21,063 nucleotides of DNA. Source: Fidelibacterota bacterium (GTDB taxonomy: Bacteria; Fidelibacterota; Marinisomatia; Marinisomatales; S15-B10). The notes beneath the pieces were generated by a model. It was not told the DNA's origin. It saw only the letters and a list, made by a program, of their open reading frames with translations, and searched no databases. The number at the start of each line of letters is the position of its first letter. The first letter of the stretch is position 1. Location of the stretch: NCBI GenBank assembly GCA_046861655.1, contig JBHIAI010000019.1, positions 1 to 21,063 of the forward strand. The letters are read 5' to 3'. The position numbers and the translations under genes were made by a program. This document shows, one piece after another, positions 8,015-16,858 of this stretch.

Positions 8015-8853
8015 CCATCTCCAAGGCCCGGGAGGTCAGGATCTCCGTTGCCCTGACCACCTTCAACCGGGCCCACCTCCTGAAACGGGCCCTCGATTCC
8101 ATCATGGCCCAGACCTTAGACCCCCACGAAATCATCGTTGTCGATGATGGATCCACCGATGAAACACCGGCGATGATCACGGAATCGTACCCCCATGTTT
8201 CCTACCTCGTCCAGCCCAACACCGGGGTCAGTGCGGCCCGGAACCGCGGGATCCAGGCGGCCTCTGGCGAATGGATCGCCTTTCTAGACTCGGATGATGC
8301 CTGGCTTCCGGAGAAACTCTCCCGTCAGGCAAGAGCCATTCTCGAGAACCCATCCATGAAAATCTTCCATACGAACGAGATCTGGATCCGAAACGGCTGC
8401 CGTGTGAACCCCGCCAAACGGCACGCCAAGAGCGGAGGCTGGATCTTCTCCCGGTGCCTTCCCCTCTGCTGCATCTCGCCGTCCAGCGTGATCATTCACC
8501 GGGCTGTCTTCCAGTCGGTGGGTCTGTTTGATGAGAGTCTTCCCGTCTGCGAGGATTATGACATGTGGCTGCGCATCACCGCAAGGTTTCCCGTTTACTA
8601 CGTGGATAAGCCCCTGGTAGTGAAATACGGCGGTCACCCCGATCAGCTCTCCCACCGCTACTGGGGAATGGACAGGTTCCGGATACGGGCCCTTGAGAAG
8701 ATACTCGCTTCGGTCGATCTATCCGAAACCGACCGGAAGTCTGCCAGGCTACAACTGGAGAAAAAACTCTCCGTCTACATCCAGGGAGCCCTCAAACGTG
8801 GGAAAGTCCAGGAGGCCCACGCTTACCGGAAACGGTACGAAAATGCGCCGTAG
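8011..8853 (+). CDS. Glycosyltransferase family 2 (GT-A fold)
   Basis: [33 protein letters not shown] (DxD), EDYDMWLR. Start reassigned to GTG 8011, which forms a GTGA overlap with the Yip1 stop. Confidence 0.92.
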   Translation: MTISKAREVRISVALTTFNRAHLLKRALDSIMAQTLDPHEIIVVDDGSTDETPAMITESYPHVSYLVQPNTGVSAARNRGIQAASGEWIAFLDSDDAWLPEKLSRQARAILENPSMKIFHTNEIWIRNGCRVNPAKRHAKSGGWIFSRCLPLCCISPSSVIIHRAVFQSVGLFDESLPVCEDYDMWLRITARFPVYYVDKPLVVKYGGHPDQLSHRYWGMDRFRIRALEKILASVDLSETDRKSARLQLEKKLSVYIQGALKRGKVQEAHAYRKRYENAP

Positions 8854-10783
8854 CCTCAACATCGTGGCGGCCCTCCTGCCGGAAGCGGAGCCCCTGATCC
8901 GCCGGTTCAATCTGACCAAGAGCGATGACCGGTCTCCTTTGCCAATCTACACCAACCCTTCTGAAACCGTCAGGTTGGTGGTGTCCGGCGTGGGCGCGGA
9001 ATCGGCCGGGGAGGCTGTATCTATTCTTGCCAGCCGTACCGGTTCCCCTGACAGGACAGTATGGCTGAACGTCGGTATCGCAGGGCACAGAGATTTCCCT
9101 GTGGGTACCCCCGTACTGGCCCGGCGCATCACAGATTCCATCACCGGCCGGTCCTGGGACCTGCCCGGCTCTGTCGTCCTCCCGTGCCGGAGTACTTCCG
9201 TTACCACCGTGAACGAACCGTTGGAAACATTTCCCAACGGTGACGTCTTCGAGATGGAGGCCAGCGGTTTCTACGCCGCCGCCTGCCAGGTAGCGACGCC
9301 GGACCGGATTCAGGTGCTGAAGATCATTTCCGACAATCACCGGTCCTCCTTCCGGAAGATTTCGGCGGCAAGAGTGAAAGACCTCATGGAAAGGAACCTC
9401 CATGTCATCACAAGGACCGCCCACCAGATGGCACGGGGTCGAACCCAGGAACGTCTCCGATCCCTTTCCAAGCAGACCTTTTACAAGAGTCTCAACAAAG
9501 ATTCTCGGGATTTTATCCAGGAGATTGAACTGGCTTACGCACTGACATTCCAGGAGCTAAGACAGGTTATGGAAATCGGAATCGATTTTCAGATGTGGGG
9601 GGAGCCTACGGTGCGGCAGCAGTGGCGGGAACTCGAACAGGGAAACGGCGGTCCTGAAACGGCTCGAAAGGAACTTCTCCTGAAGGCTCTCCGGGAACGC
9701 TGGCAGACCTTCCGTGACCAGGAAACCGTCTATGAACGCACCAAACCAGCCCCTGTCATATCAAATCTGGCAAAGAAAAAGCTTATCCTGCGCCAGGAAT
9801 CCAACGGTGTTTACGGTATGTGTCCGGTGGCATCGGAGAAAACCGTCTGCTGTAATCTAAGAACGCTGGATGCCGCTCAGGGATGCGGCTTCGTGTGCAC
9901 CTACTGCAGCATTCAGACTTTTTACGATCCAGCAAAGATCGCAGTGGACTCAAACCTGGCACAAAAGCTTGAAAACATTCACCTGGACCCCGGCAGGAGG
10001 TACCATATCGGTTCGGGTCAATCTTCCGATTCACTCCTCCTGGGTAACAGAGGGGGTATCCTGGAGGCCCAGTTTGAATTCGCCCGGGAAAACCCGAATG
10101 TGGTGCTTGAATTCAAGACCAAGTCAAAGAACACGGCTTATCTTCTCGAGGCGGACGTCCCCCCGAACGTCTTTGTCAGCTGGTCCTTGAATCCCCAGGT
10201 GATTATCGACCATGAAGAACTCCGCACCGCCTCGCTGGAACAGAGATTGACCTGTGCCCGCAGGGTGGCAGACCGGGGAATCCGTGTGGGCTTTCACTTT
10301 CATCCCATCATTCTTCACCGGGGATGGAAAGATAATTACACAGAGCTCGTCCACAGGGTCATCAACAGTTTTTCTCCAGAGGAAGTCGCCTTCGTATCCT
10401 TGGGAACCCTTACTTTCATCAAGCCAGCCATAAAGAGTCTACGTCAGCTGGGGATCCCCAGTAAGGTGCTACAGATCCCCATGGAGGACGCCGCCGGCAA
10501 GATGTCATATCCCATGGCCGTGAAGGAGGAGATGTTTGGGTTAGTTTGGCGGGTTTTCCGGCCCTGGCACGGGAAGGTGTTTTTCTACCTCTGCATGGAG
10601 GTCAGGGAGTTATGGGAAAAGGTTTTCGGGTATTGTTACCGGAACAATGAAGACTTCGAAAACGCCATGCTGGATGCGTTGTTTAGTAAACTTAATCTTG
10701 TATCCCATCCCTCCTCTGTCGGTTTCCAAGCAACTTCTACGGTGGCAGCGACTTCCCCGGAGTCCCTCCCACTTCCCTCCTGA
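8843..10783 (+). CDS. Fusion: N-terminal MTA/SAH nucleosidase/purine phosphorylase-like domain + C-terminal spore photoproduct lyase-like radical SAM domain
   Basis: N-domain: [36 protein letters not shown]-domain: GCGFVCTYC (CxxxCxxC, 9884-9907), [30 protein letters not shown]. Start reassigned to ATG 8843, overlapping the GT2 stop. Confidence 0.85.
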   Translation: MRRSLNIVAALLPEAEPLIRRFNLTKSDDRSPLPIYTNPSETVRLVVSGVGAESAGEAVSILASRTGSPDRTVWLNVGIAGHRDFPVGTPVLARRITDSITGRSWDLPGSVVLPCRSTSVTTVNEPLETFPNGDVFEMEASGFYAAACQVATPDRIQVLKIISDNHRSSFRKISAARVKDLMERNLHVITRTAHQMARGRTQERLRSLSKQTFYKSLNKDSRDFIQEIELAYALTFQELRQVMEIGIDFQMWGEPTVRQQWRELEQGNGGPETARKELLLKALRERWQTFRDQETVYERTKPAPVISNLAKKKLILRQESNGVYGMCPVASEKTVCCNLRTLDAAQGCGFVCTYCSIQTFYDPAKIAVDSNLAQKLENIHLDPGRRYHIGSGQSSDSLLLGNRGGILEAQFEFARENPNVVLEFKTKSKNTAYLLEADVPPNVFVSWSLNPQVIIDHEELRTASLEQRLTCARRVADRGIRVGFHFHPIILHRGWKDNYTELVHRVINSFSPEEVAFVSLGTLTFIKPAIKSLRQLGIPSKVLQIPMEDAAGKMSYPMAVKEEMFGLVWRVFRPWHGKVFFYLCMEVRELWEKVFGYCYRNNEDFENAMLDALFSKLNLVSHPSSVGFQATSTVAATSPESLPLPS

Positions 10784-10820
10784 GAAACACTCTTGTTCCG
10801 TCCTTTTTTGCGCTAAGAAA

Positions 10821-11228
10821 GTACGAAAACATCTTTTCCATGAACGGGACCCGAGACCCCCACTCGTGTGTCCCAAAGAACCTTTCTTTTTGTCCCGCCC
10901 GGGCGGGACCAAGAAAACCGTCGCTGTAGGAAGATCCAGCACCGCTGACCTCGTCGCCTCAGCCATCCGTTAAACTTGCCCCCGAAAAGCCCGGGGGCTC
11001 AGACAGTAACGGATGGTTCTTCCTCGGCTCGGGTCAACTAACCCCGTGCTGCATTTTCCTAAGGCGACAAGAACGAAAAGACATAAAAGAAAAAACGCGG
11101 CCTTAGAATAGTTTCGGAAGAAGAGGATGACTCTGGACGGGGAGAAGAATGAATTCCTGTCTGACGATGCCGCCGCAGGCGGCAGAGGAGTTTAATTCAT
11201 TCCCCCGGACAGGGGAAATCGCACCCAC
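10821..11228. repeat. Large multi-hairpin intergenic element (MITE/REP-like or structured RNA) between convergent genes
   Basis: Perfect 18-bp palindrome at 10892-10909. Nested stems: 10920-24/11064-68, 10927-35/11053-61, 10937-42/11046-51, 10946-50/11032-36, 10962-72/11007-17, 10978-84/10992-98. Second hairpin: 11147-55/11194-202 with 11168-74/11178-84. Confidence 0.8.
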
Positions 11229-11295
11229 ATTTGAGTATCTGGGAAGACCTTTTTCCCCGACAGTTTGTTACGGTAAGAAAAGCACGAGGCAAACT

Positions 11296-12582
11296 TTAGT
11301 CTGAAGAAGAGGGTGGCCCTGCACTATTTGCGAGGTAGCTGACCAAACTGTTCATTTTCACCTTTAGCTGTTGACCGGTGGTCAGGTTCTTGACCTGAAC
11401 CTGTTCTGATCCCAGTTCTTCTTCCCCGATGATGACGGCGTGGGCGCAGTTTAGCCGGTTGGCCTCCCGCATCTGGGCCTTGAGGCTTCGGCGGAGGGTA
11501 TCGAATTGGGCAGTGAAACCAGCATCCCTCAACTGGGCAGCCAGCTTCGAAACCGCCTGGATGACGGTCCCGGTGGCGGCCACCACATAGATGTCACGGG
11601 GAGATTCGGCCGGGGAGGGCGTTGTTTTTTCCAACGCAAGAAGGACCCGCTCAATGCCGGTGGCAAAGCCCACGGCCGGGGTGGGCTCCCCCCCGAGATC
11701 CTGAATGAGACCATCGTATCTCCCGCCACCGCAGAGGGCGTTTTGGGCCCCCAGTTCGGGATGGGAGATCTCGAAGGTGGTTCTTGAGTAGTAATCCAGT
11801 CCCCGGACCAGAATGGGGGCTTCCTCGAAGGGAATGTCCAGACCGGTAAGATTTTCCTTCACAGTTCTGTAGTGGGCCAGGTCTTCATGGTCAAGATAAT
11901 CGAGAAGACTGGGAGCCTCCCTGAGAATTCTTCGTTCCTCGGGATCCTTGGTATCGAGAATCCTCAGGGGATTGGTTTTCAGCCGTTCCTGGCTGGTGCG
12001 GGAGAGTTTGTCCCGCTGATCCGACAGGAACCGCAGGAGGACGTCCCTGTACCGGGCCCGGGTTTTCGGTGAACCGATACTGCTGATCTGGAGGGTAAGG
12101 CTTTCCAGACCCAGTTCCTTCAGGATCCGGAAGGCCAGAGCGATGATCTCGGCGTCCTGTTCAGGATGCGGCGAGCCGATGGCTTCCGCGCCGAACTGGC
12201 GAAACTGCCTCAATCTGCCCGCCTGGGGCCGTTCCCTGCGGAACAGGGAATCGATGTAGTAAAGCTTGGTGAGGACCCCCATGCGGTCGAGACGGTGCTG
12301 AATGTAGGCCCGCATGACGGGGGCGGTCAATTCGGGCTTCAGCGTGAGGCTGGTCTTACTCCTGTCCTGAAAGGTGTACATCTGCTTGGACACGATGTCG
12401 CTGTCTTCACCCACGCTTCTGGTGAACAGCTCGGTTTGTTCGAACACGGGTGTCCGGATTTCACCGTAGCCCCACCGGGCCATGATGCCGTGGACCGAAT
12501 TCTCCAGTTCCCTCCACCGGCGGGTTTCTTCCGGCAGAAGATCTCTCATGCCTCGAACGGAGCGGTATTCCGCTGTCATCAC
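11296..12582 (-). CDS. hisS: Histidine--tRNA ligase
   Basis: RGMRDLLP, IRTPVFE, FRRERPQAGRLRQF, LVRGLDYY, GGGRYDGL, GFATGIER and a C-terminal anticodon domain. Start is GTG 12582 or ATG 12579. Confidence 0.97.
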   Translation of the reverse strand: MMTAEYRSVRGMRDLLPEETRRWRELENSVHGIMARWGYGEIRTPVFEQTELFTRSVGEDSDIVSKQMYTFQDRSKTSLTLKPELTAPVMRAYIQHRLDRMGVLTKLYYIDSLFRRERPQAGRLRQFRQFGAEAIGSPHPEQDAEIIALAFRILKELGLESLTLQISSIGSPKTRARYRDVLLRFLSDQRDKLSRTSQERLKTNPLRILDTKDPEERRILREAPSLLDYLDHEDLAHYRTVKENLTGLDIPFEEAPILVRGLDYYSRTTFEISHPELGAQNALCGGGRYDGLIQDLGGEPTPAVGFATGIERVLLALEKTTPSPAESPRDIYVVAATGTVIQAVSKLAAQLRDAGFTAQFDTLRRSLKAQMREANRLNCAHAVIIGEEELGSEQVQVKNLTTGQQLKVKMNSLVSYLANSAGPPSSSD

Positions 12583-12914
12583 GGTTTTCCCGTTATGTCC
12601 TCAACGATAGATCGGGCCTGTTCCACTCGATCTTCCGGCACATAGAGGGTTGCCCGGGAACCGGCCAGGGACAGACCCCTGATCCCGTAGGTGGTAGTGA
12701 GGAAATCAGCCTTGAGATAGCTGGGGATCCCTTCGTCGTCCAGGGATTCTTTGACCATCTCCGCCTCTATCTGGCTGGAGAGTTCCTTAAGAGGAACCCA
12801 CCGGATTTCCTTCGGGGTTTCTGAAGCCGGGAGTTCGGGAATAAGGGTTGTCCGGCAGTCGGGACAGACAGTAATGCCTTCCTTGTATTCAGATTCACAT
12901 TCAGGACAGAACAT
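12579..12914 (-). CDS. Small zinc-ribbon + DUF2007 (GlnB-like putative signal transducing) protein, 111 aa
   Basis: MFCPEC..EY..GITVCPDC followed by EAEMVKESLDDEGIPSY..LYVPE. GGAG lies upstream of ATG 12914; the longer ORF extension is translated repeat DNA. Confidence 0.8.
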   Translation of the reverse strand: MFCPECESEYKEGITVCPDCRTTLIPELPASETPKEIRWVPLKELSSQIEAEMVKESLDDEGIPSYLKADFLTTTYGIRGLSLAGSRATLYVPEDRVEQARSIVEDITGKP

Positions 12915-13043
12915 GCATTGGCTCCGTGTGGAAGATCTGAAGAAGTGATGGAATTTTGTTCGCGATGCCTGGAAATCCAAGCGTTCATTCCAGGGGGATG
13001 GACCACAGAGGACACAGAGACGGAGTATAGGAGAGATGGGAAC

Positions 13044-13120
13044 CGTAGTTCGTAAAGCGTGATTCGTAAAGCGTGAATCGTAAAGCGTGATTCGTAATGC
13101 GTGATTCGTAATGCGTAATA
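13044..13120. repeat. Heptamer tandem array (CGTnnnn x11, with 14-nt higher-order period cgtaaag-cgtgatt)
   Basis: Units read directly: cgtagtt cgtaaag cgtgatt cgtaaag cgtgaat cgtaaag cgtgatt cgtaatg cgtgatt cgtaatg cgtaata. Confidence 0.92.
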
Positions 13121-13152
13121 CGTTTCTGGTCCCTGGATACTGCCTCCTGCAC

Positions 13153-13198
13153 AGTGCCAAGTGCAGACTGCCAAGTGCTGCTGTCCCTGTCCCTGTGA
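13153..13198. repeat. Second heptamer tract (agtgcca agtgcag actgcca agtgctg) followed by hexamers (ctgtcc ctgtcc ctgtga)
   Basis: Read directly from the sequence. Confidence 0.65.
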
Positions 13199-13207
13199 CT
13201 GGGTTCT

Positions 13208-16200
13208 TTAGTATCCTGCGATGCCGTAGCGTCCGCCCCAGGATTCCAGTTTCAGATCCTTCAGTGAAGGTGCTTTCACGTTGACGCGCAGGTAATAGCC
13301 CCGTCCGAAGCCACCGGGGGTCCAGGTAAAGATGAGCTCCCAGCAGTGGAGATCCCTGTAGATCCTGAAGTCGTGACTCGTGATAGATCGTTCCAGGAGA
13401 TCGAACCGGGCAGAGTACTGGACGCGCCAGGATTTTGAGGCGTTCAGTTTCATGTTGAATCCCATCCAGAAATTGCTTATGGGATTTAGCGGGTTCTCCC
13501 GGCTGATTCTGTAGCTGAAACTGACCCCGGCCTTCCAGAGCTTTCCTGTGCCGAGAGCGGATTTCTTCACGGCTTCTCTTTCCTCCAGACCCATTTCAGT
13601 CAGATCTTCCGGACGGAGAGTGGTGTCCACGGCGGTGGTATCCAGGGGAGTTGATTCTTCCCCGGGACGCCGCCACGCGTACCCTGAAATCTGAAACCCT
13701 GTGGAGGCCCTCACCGTGGTGAGCCGGGGGGAAGGGATTCCCCACGACGTGGTGGCAATCCGGTTTACCCGGCTGGGCTTGTCTCCTGAAACATCCAGCT
13801 CATAGAAATCGTGAACCATGGAAATATCCAGCGTGAAAAGGCGCGGAATGTTGGCGCGGATCCTGGATGTGAGTTTGCTCCACTTGAACTTCTCTGCCAC
13901 AAAATTGTAGCCCGTATTCATATTCCAGGTGAGGAAGCTGCTGGTTTTCCTTTCCTTATCCCCCTCTCTTATCTTGGCCTGGAAGCTGTTCTTGATCTGG
14001 ATATTGAGGTTTCGTCTTTCTCCCAATGGGGTGGAACCGATCTGTGTCCCGGCAAACGGATCGAAGAGATGAGTCCGTCCCTGTTCATCCGTGAGTTTTC
14101 TGACATATCCGAAGTCGTATCCGAAAAAGGGTTTGGAATAGTCCGGAACATAGGAGAACGAAACGGAGGGGGTCAGCGTGTGGCGAACTGCCCGGAGGGA
14201 TTCTATTCGAAGGGGGAAAATTCCGTACAGTTTGGTGTTGGCACTCATGGAGAACGCGAATTCGTGCCGGGCCTTGAACCCCTGCAGTTCCCGCTTGTCC
14301 GGAAACCGCCCCAGGGTGTCCACGATGGAGGCGTCGAAATACCGGCTAATCCATTTTTCCTGAATGGACAAACCCTGGCTCACAGCGATATGCTCAAACA
14401 GGCGCTGGGATCCAGAGATGGACATACTGTGAATCCACTTGCTTCCCAACTCCTGTTGCCGGGGGCCCCAGGTGTAACCTCCCTGGGCGAAGCTGGAGTC
14501 TGATTCGTAGAAAGTGACCCCCCGGTTGGCGAGTGTACTGTTGTAGCTCCAGTACAGACTCGGCCCCCCCCTTTTTCCCGGGCCCCCGCCGAACAGTTGA
14601 ACTCGCTCCTTTCGAAAATTGGCTGTAGGAACGACAAACGTGTTTTCGGTTATCCGCTCACCTTTGCGGGTGGGGACGGCGTAGTAGATAGAGGTAGAAT
14701 CGATCTTTTCCCGGGCCATGAGATTGCGGTTTTCTGAAAGGCTTGCGGACATGTTGATGCCCGGACCTGGCCACCGTTTTGAATAGTACGCCCGGGAAGT
14801 AGTGGTCTGATTCAGACGGGTTTGCCTCTCGATACCCAGCCGCCGGTTGAAATCGTTGCTGCTGAAATACTGGCCACTGACTCGAAAGGACTGGTTGTAC
14901 CGGAGTTTGTGGTCGTGGTTCCATGAGAGGGACCAATCCACCCTGTTGGGGTTGCTGATGATGTCGGCGATGTCCCCTGTGGCGATTTTGCGGTTGTAGC
15001 GGAAATTCAGGCCGCCCCTGAAGGCGTACCTCTTCACGTAGTTGTTCCGGCTGGTGAAGACGATTCCCTGCTTATCGTAGAAATCGAGGGAGAACCTGCT
15101 GTTGAGAAAGTCATTGGCGGCCCAGAAATATCCCAGCCCTCTGAGGTACTGACCCTGCCTGGCGTTCTCCCCGTACGAGGGCATGATCCAACCGGAGTGC
15201 CGTTTCCCACTCTGATCGGGGAACACCCCGAAGGGAAGGCCGAAAACCGGGATGCCGGCGATATAGAGGACAATGGGCCGGGCGATGATCTTGTCTTTCA
15301 CGATCATTTTCAGCCGTCTGCTCTGGAAGTGGAAGTGGGGATCGGGATCGAGGTTGCAAGTGGTGTACCTGCTGTTCTCAACAAAGAAGATGTCTTCCGT
15401 TTGGTTTCGGATTTCCTTCCCCGTGTAGTAGCCGTCCTCCATTCGGGTTTTCCCCCGGGTCACTTTCCCCCTGCCTGTGGACAGGTCGTAGATGAGGGAC
15501 TGCCCCACCATGGGATTTCTCCCCTTTTCCAGGATGGTGGGGAAATCTTCGGGATCGACCGGCTCGGATGGGTCCGCGCTGGGGAAGGCCCTCAGAAGAT
15601 TATCTTCCCAGGTGACTGTCACCCATCCCGCCTCCAGGCGGGTGTTCTGATAATCGATGCGGGCTTTCCGGACCAGGGTGGTCTTCTCATTCGGAATGTC
15701 ATAATCGATCCTGTGGGCCCGGTAGAGCACGGGGGCCTTGATATCCTGGGTTCCTTCATGGGGATGATATTCTCCCCGGGATCCCCCAACCAGCCGAACC
15801 CGTCGCAGGTCGCCTCTGTGGGCGCTGTCGGGATCGAAACGGAGAGTAATGGTATCACCGGAAGCAAAATTCTTCCCCTGGTACACGGAATCCTCGCCCG
15901 TGGGTCCTTCCGAGAAGAGGTGGTAAAGGGTTGTGGCCATGCCTTCCAGTCTCACGGAATCCAGACTGCCGTCCACAAGATAGGCCTCCAACCTTTCACC
16001 GTTCATTTCGTCTGTGAAGTCCTTTAGTTCGTACGCCGTGGTATCGGGATGGGGATTCCCCGTTTCGACGGGAACCTTTCCCCGGGTCTCGTAGACGATG
16101 TGGGCTTCGCCGGGGATCACAACCCGGCGCAGCGCTTCCTCCTGGTAATAGAGCTGAATCTCATCTCCGGTGAGCGTCTGCCGGTCCTGGACGACTATAG

Positions 16201-16858
16201 GATTCCCCTTAAGAATGGAAAAATTCTCGGTGGCATTGTACAGACTCTTTTCGCAGGTGGCCCTCCGGTTGTCTTCCACGATAACCACGTTCCCTGATGC
16301 GGTGTAACTGGCAGCCGTGTCATTCTCTCGTTTCCGGTAGGTGAGGTACTGGCTGGTGATGACCTGATTCTTCTGGGTAAAGTGGACGTTTCCGGAGGCG
16401 ATGCCGCTATCCGCTTCCAGAAAGTAGATCAGACTATCAGAGGTAAGGCGATACTCGGGGTCATCGAATCGGACCCCTCCGTATCCTGTGATCCGGTCCA
16501 GCCTGGATTCAAACGTAAGAGAATCCACCGTAAGGGTCTGCTCTCCATGGTCCATACGGACGGAATCCACGAAGGAGGCAGTGGCGTCCCGCTGGCGATA
16601 GTACGCCCGGTCCGAGGTGAGAATCGCCTTTCCCTTTTGAAATTTGACGTTTCCCCGGAGGTATTGAACAGCTTTACCGTCGGCAGAGGTGATATTCTCC
16701 AACTCGTCGGCGTGAATGAGGTGCAGGCGGTCAGGCGGAAGTCCGGACAGTGCTGAGGAGAGAAGCAACAGAACGATGGAGAACTGGAGCATGGGAAAGC
16801 TGGAGTCAGGGAGAGACGGAGGGACAGAGAGTTGGAGAATCGGAGTTTTGCCAGGCAT
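13208..16858 (-). CDS. lptD: LPS assembly protein LptD with extended N-terminal OstA/LptA-like beta-jellyroll region
   Basis: Signal peptide, repeated GNV.F..G...L..D jellyroll strands, YTTCNL..PHFHF, RHSGWIMPSYG, GYFWA, C-terminal RDLHCWE..F.W.P.G..RGYYLRVNVKA..LKDLK. Start uncertain (16858/16861 or 16792). Confidence 0.85.
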   Translation of the reverse strand: MPGKTPILQLSVPPSLPDSSFPMLQFSIVLLLLSSALSGLPPDRLHLIHADELENITSADGKAVQYLRGNVKFQKGKAILTSDRAYYRQRDATASFVDSVRMDHGEQTLTVDSLTFESRLDRITGYGGVRFDDPEYRLTSDSLIYFLEADSGIASGNVHFTQKNQVITSQYLTYRKRENDTAASYTASGNVVIVEDNRRATCEKSLYNATENFSILKGNPIVVQDRQTLTGDEIQLYYQEEALRRVVIPGEAHIVYETRGKVPVETGNPHPDTTAYELKDFTDEMNGERLEAYLVDGSLDSVRLEGMATTLYHLFSEGPTGEDSVYQGKNFASGDTITLRFDPDSAHRGDLRRVRLVGGSRGEYHPHEGTQDIKAPVLYRAHRIDYDIPNEKTTLVRKARIDYQNTRLEAGWVTVTWEDNLLRAFPSADPSEPVDPEDFPTILEKGRNPMVGQSLIYDLSTGRGKVTRGKTRMEDGYYTGKEIRNQTEDIFFVENSRYTTCNLDPDPHFHFQSRRLKMIVKDKIIARPIVLYIAGIPVFGLPFGVFPDQSGKRHSGWIMPSYGENARQGQYLRGLGYFWAANDFLNSRFSLDFYDKQGIVFTSRNNYVKRYAFRGGLNFRYNRKIATGDIADIISNPNRVDWSLSWNHDHKLRYNQSFRVSGQYFSSNDFNRRLGIERQTRLNQTTTSRAYYSKRWPGPGINMSASLSENRNLMAREKIDSTSIYYAVPTRKGERITENTFVVPTANFRKERVQLFGGGPGKRGGPSLYWSYNSTLANRGVTFYESDSSFAQGGYTWGPRQQELGSKWIHSMSISGSQRLFEHIAVSQGLSIQEKWISRYFDASIVDTLGRFPDKRELQGFKARHEFAFSMSANTKLYGIFPLRIESLRAVRHTLTPSVSFSYVPDYSKPFFGYDFGYVRKLTDEQGRTHLFDPFAGTQIGSTPLGERRNLNIQIKNSFQAKIREGDKERKTSSFLTWNMNTGYNFVAEKFKWSKLTSRIRANIPRLFTLDISMVHDFYELDVSGDKPSRVNRIATTSWGIPSPRLTTVRASTGFQISGYAWRRPGEESTPLDTTAVDTTLRPEDLTEMGLEEREAVKKSALGTGKLWKAGVSFSYRISRENPLNPISNFWMGFNMKLNASKSWRVQYSARFDLLERSITSHDFRIYRDLHCWELIFTWTPGGFGRGYYLRVNVKAPSLKDLKLESWGGRYGIAGY
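16775..16846. repeat. Degenerate octamer tandem array (nnyGGAGn x9) overlapping the lptD 5' end
   Basis: gatggaga actggagc atgggaaa gctggagt cagggaga gacggagg gacagaga gttggaga atcggagt. Confidence 0.7.

Noticed and set aside
8843..10783. Assigning splB or hpnG gene symbols
   Set aside because: The H-donor Cys of true SplB is absent and no hopanoid genes are nearby. Only family-level similarity is supportable.
11161..11190. Hammerhead ribozyme (CTGACGA followed by a hairpin)
   Set aside because: The stem is followed by GAGG rather than the required GAAA, and no stem III or cleavage triplet fits.
13044..13120. CRISPR array
   Set aside because: The units are 7/14 nt and contiguous, with no spacers and no cas genes.
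12915..13174. N-terminal extension of the 193-aa ORF and the 135-aa ORF (RITNHALRIT...)
   Set aside because: These are translations of the heptamer array. The real gene starts at ATG 12914 with an SD.
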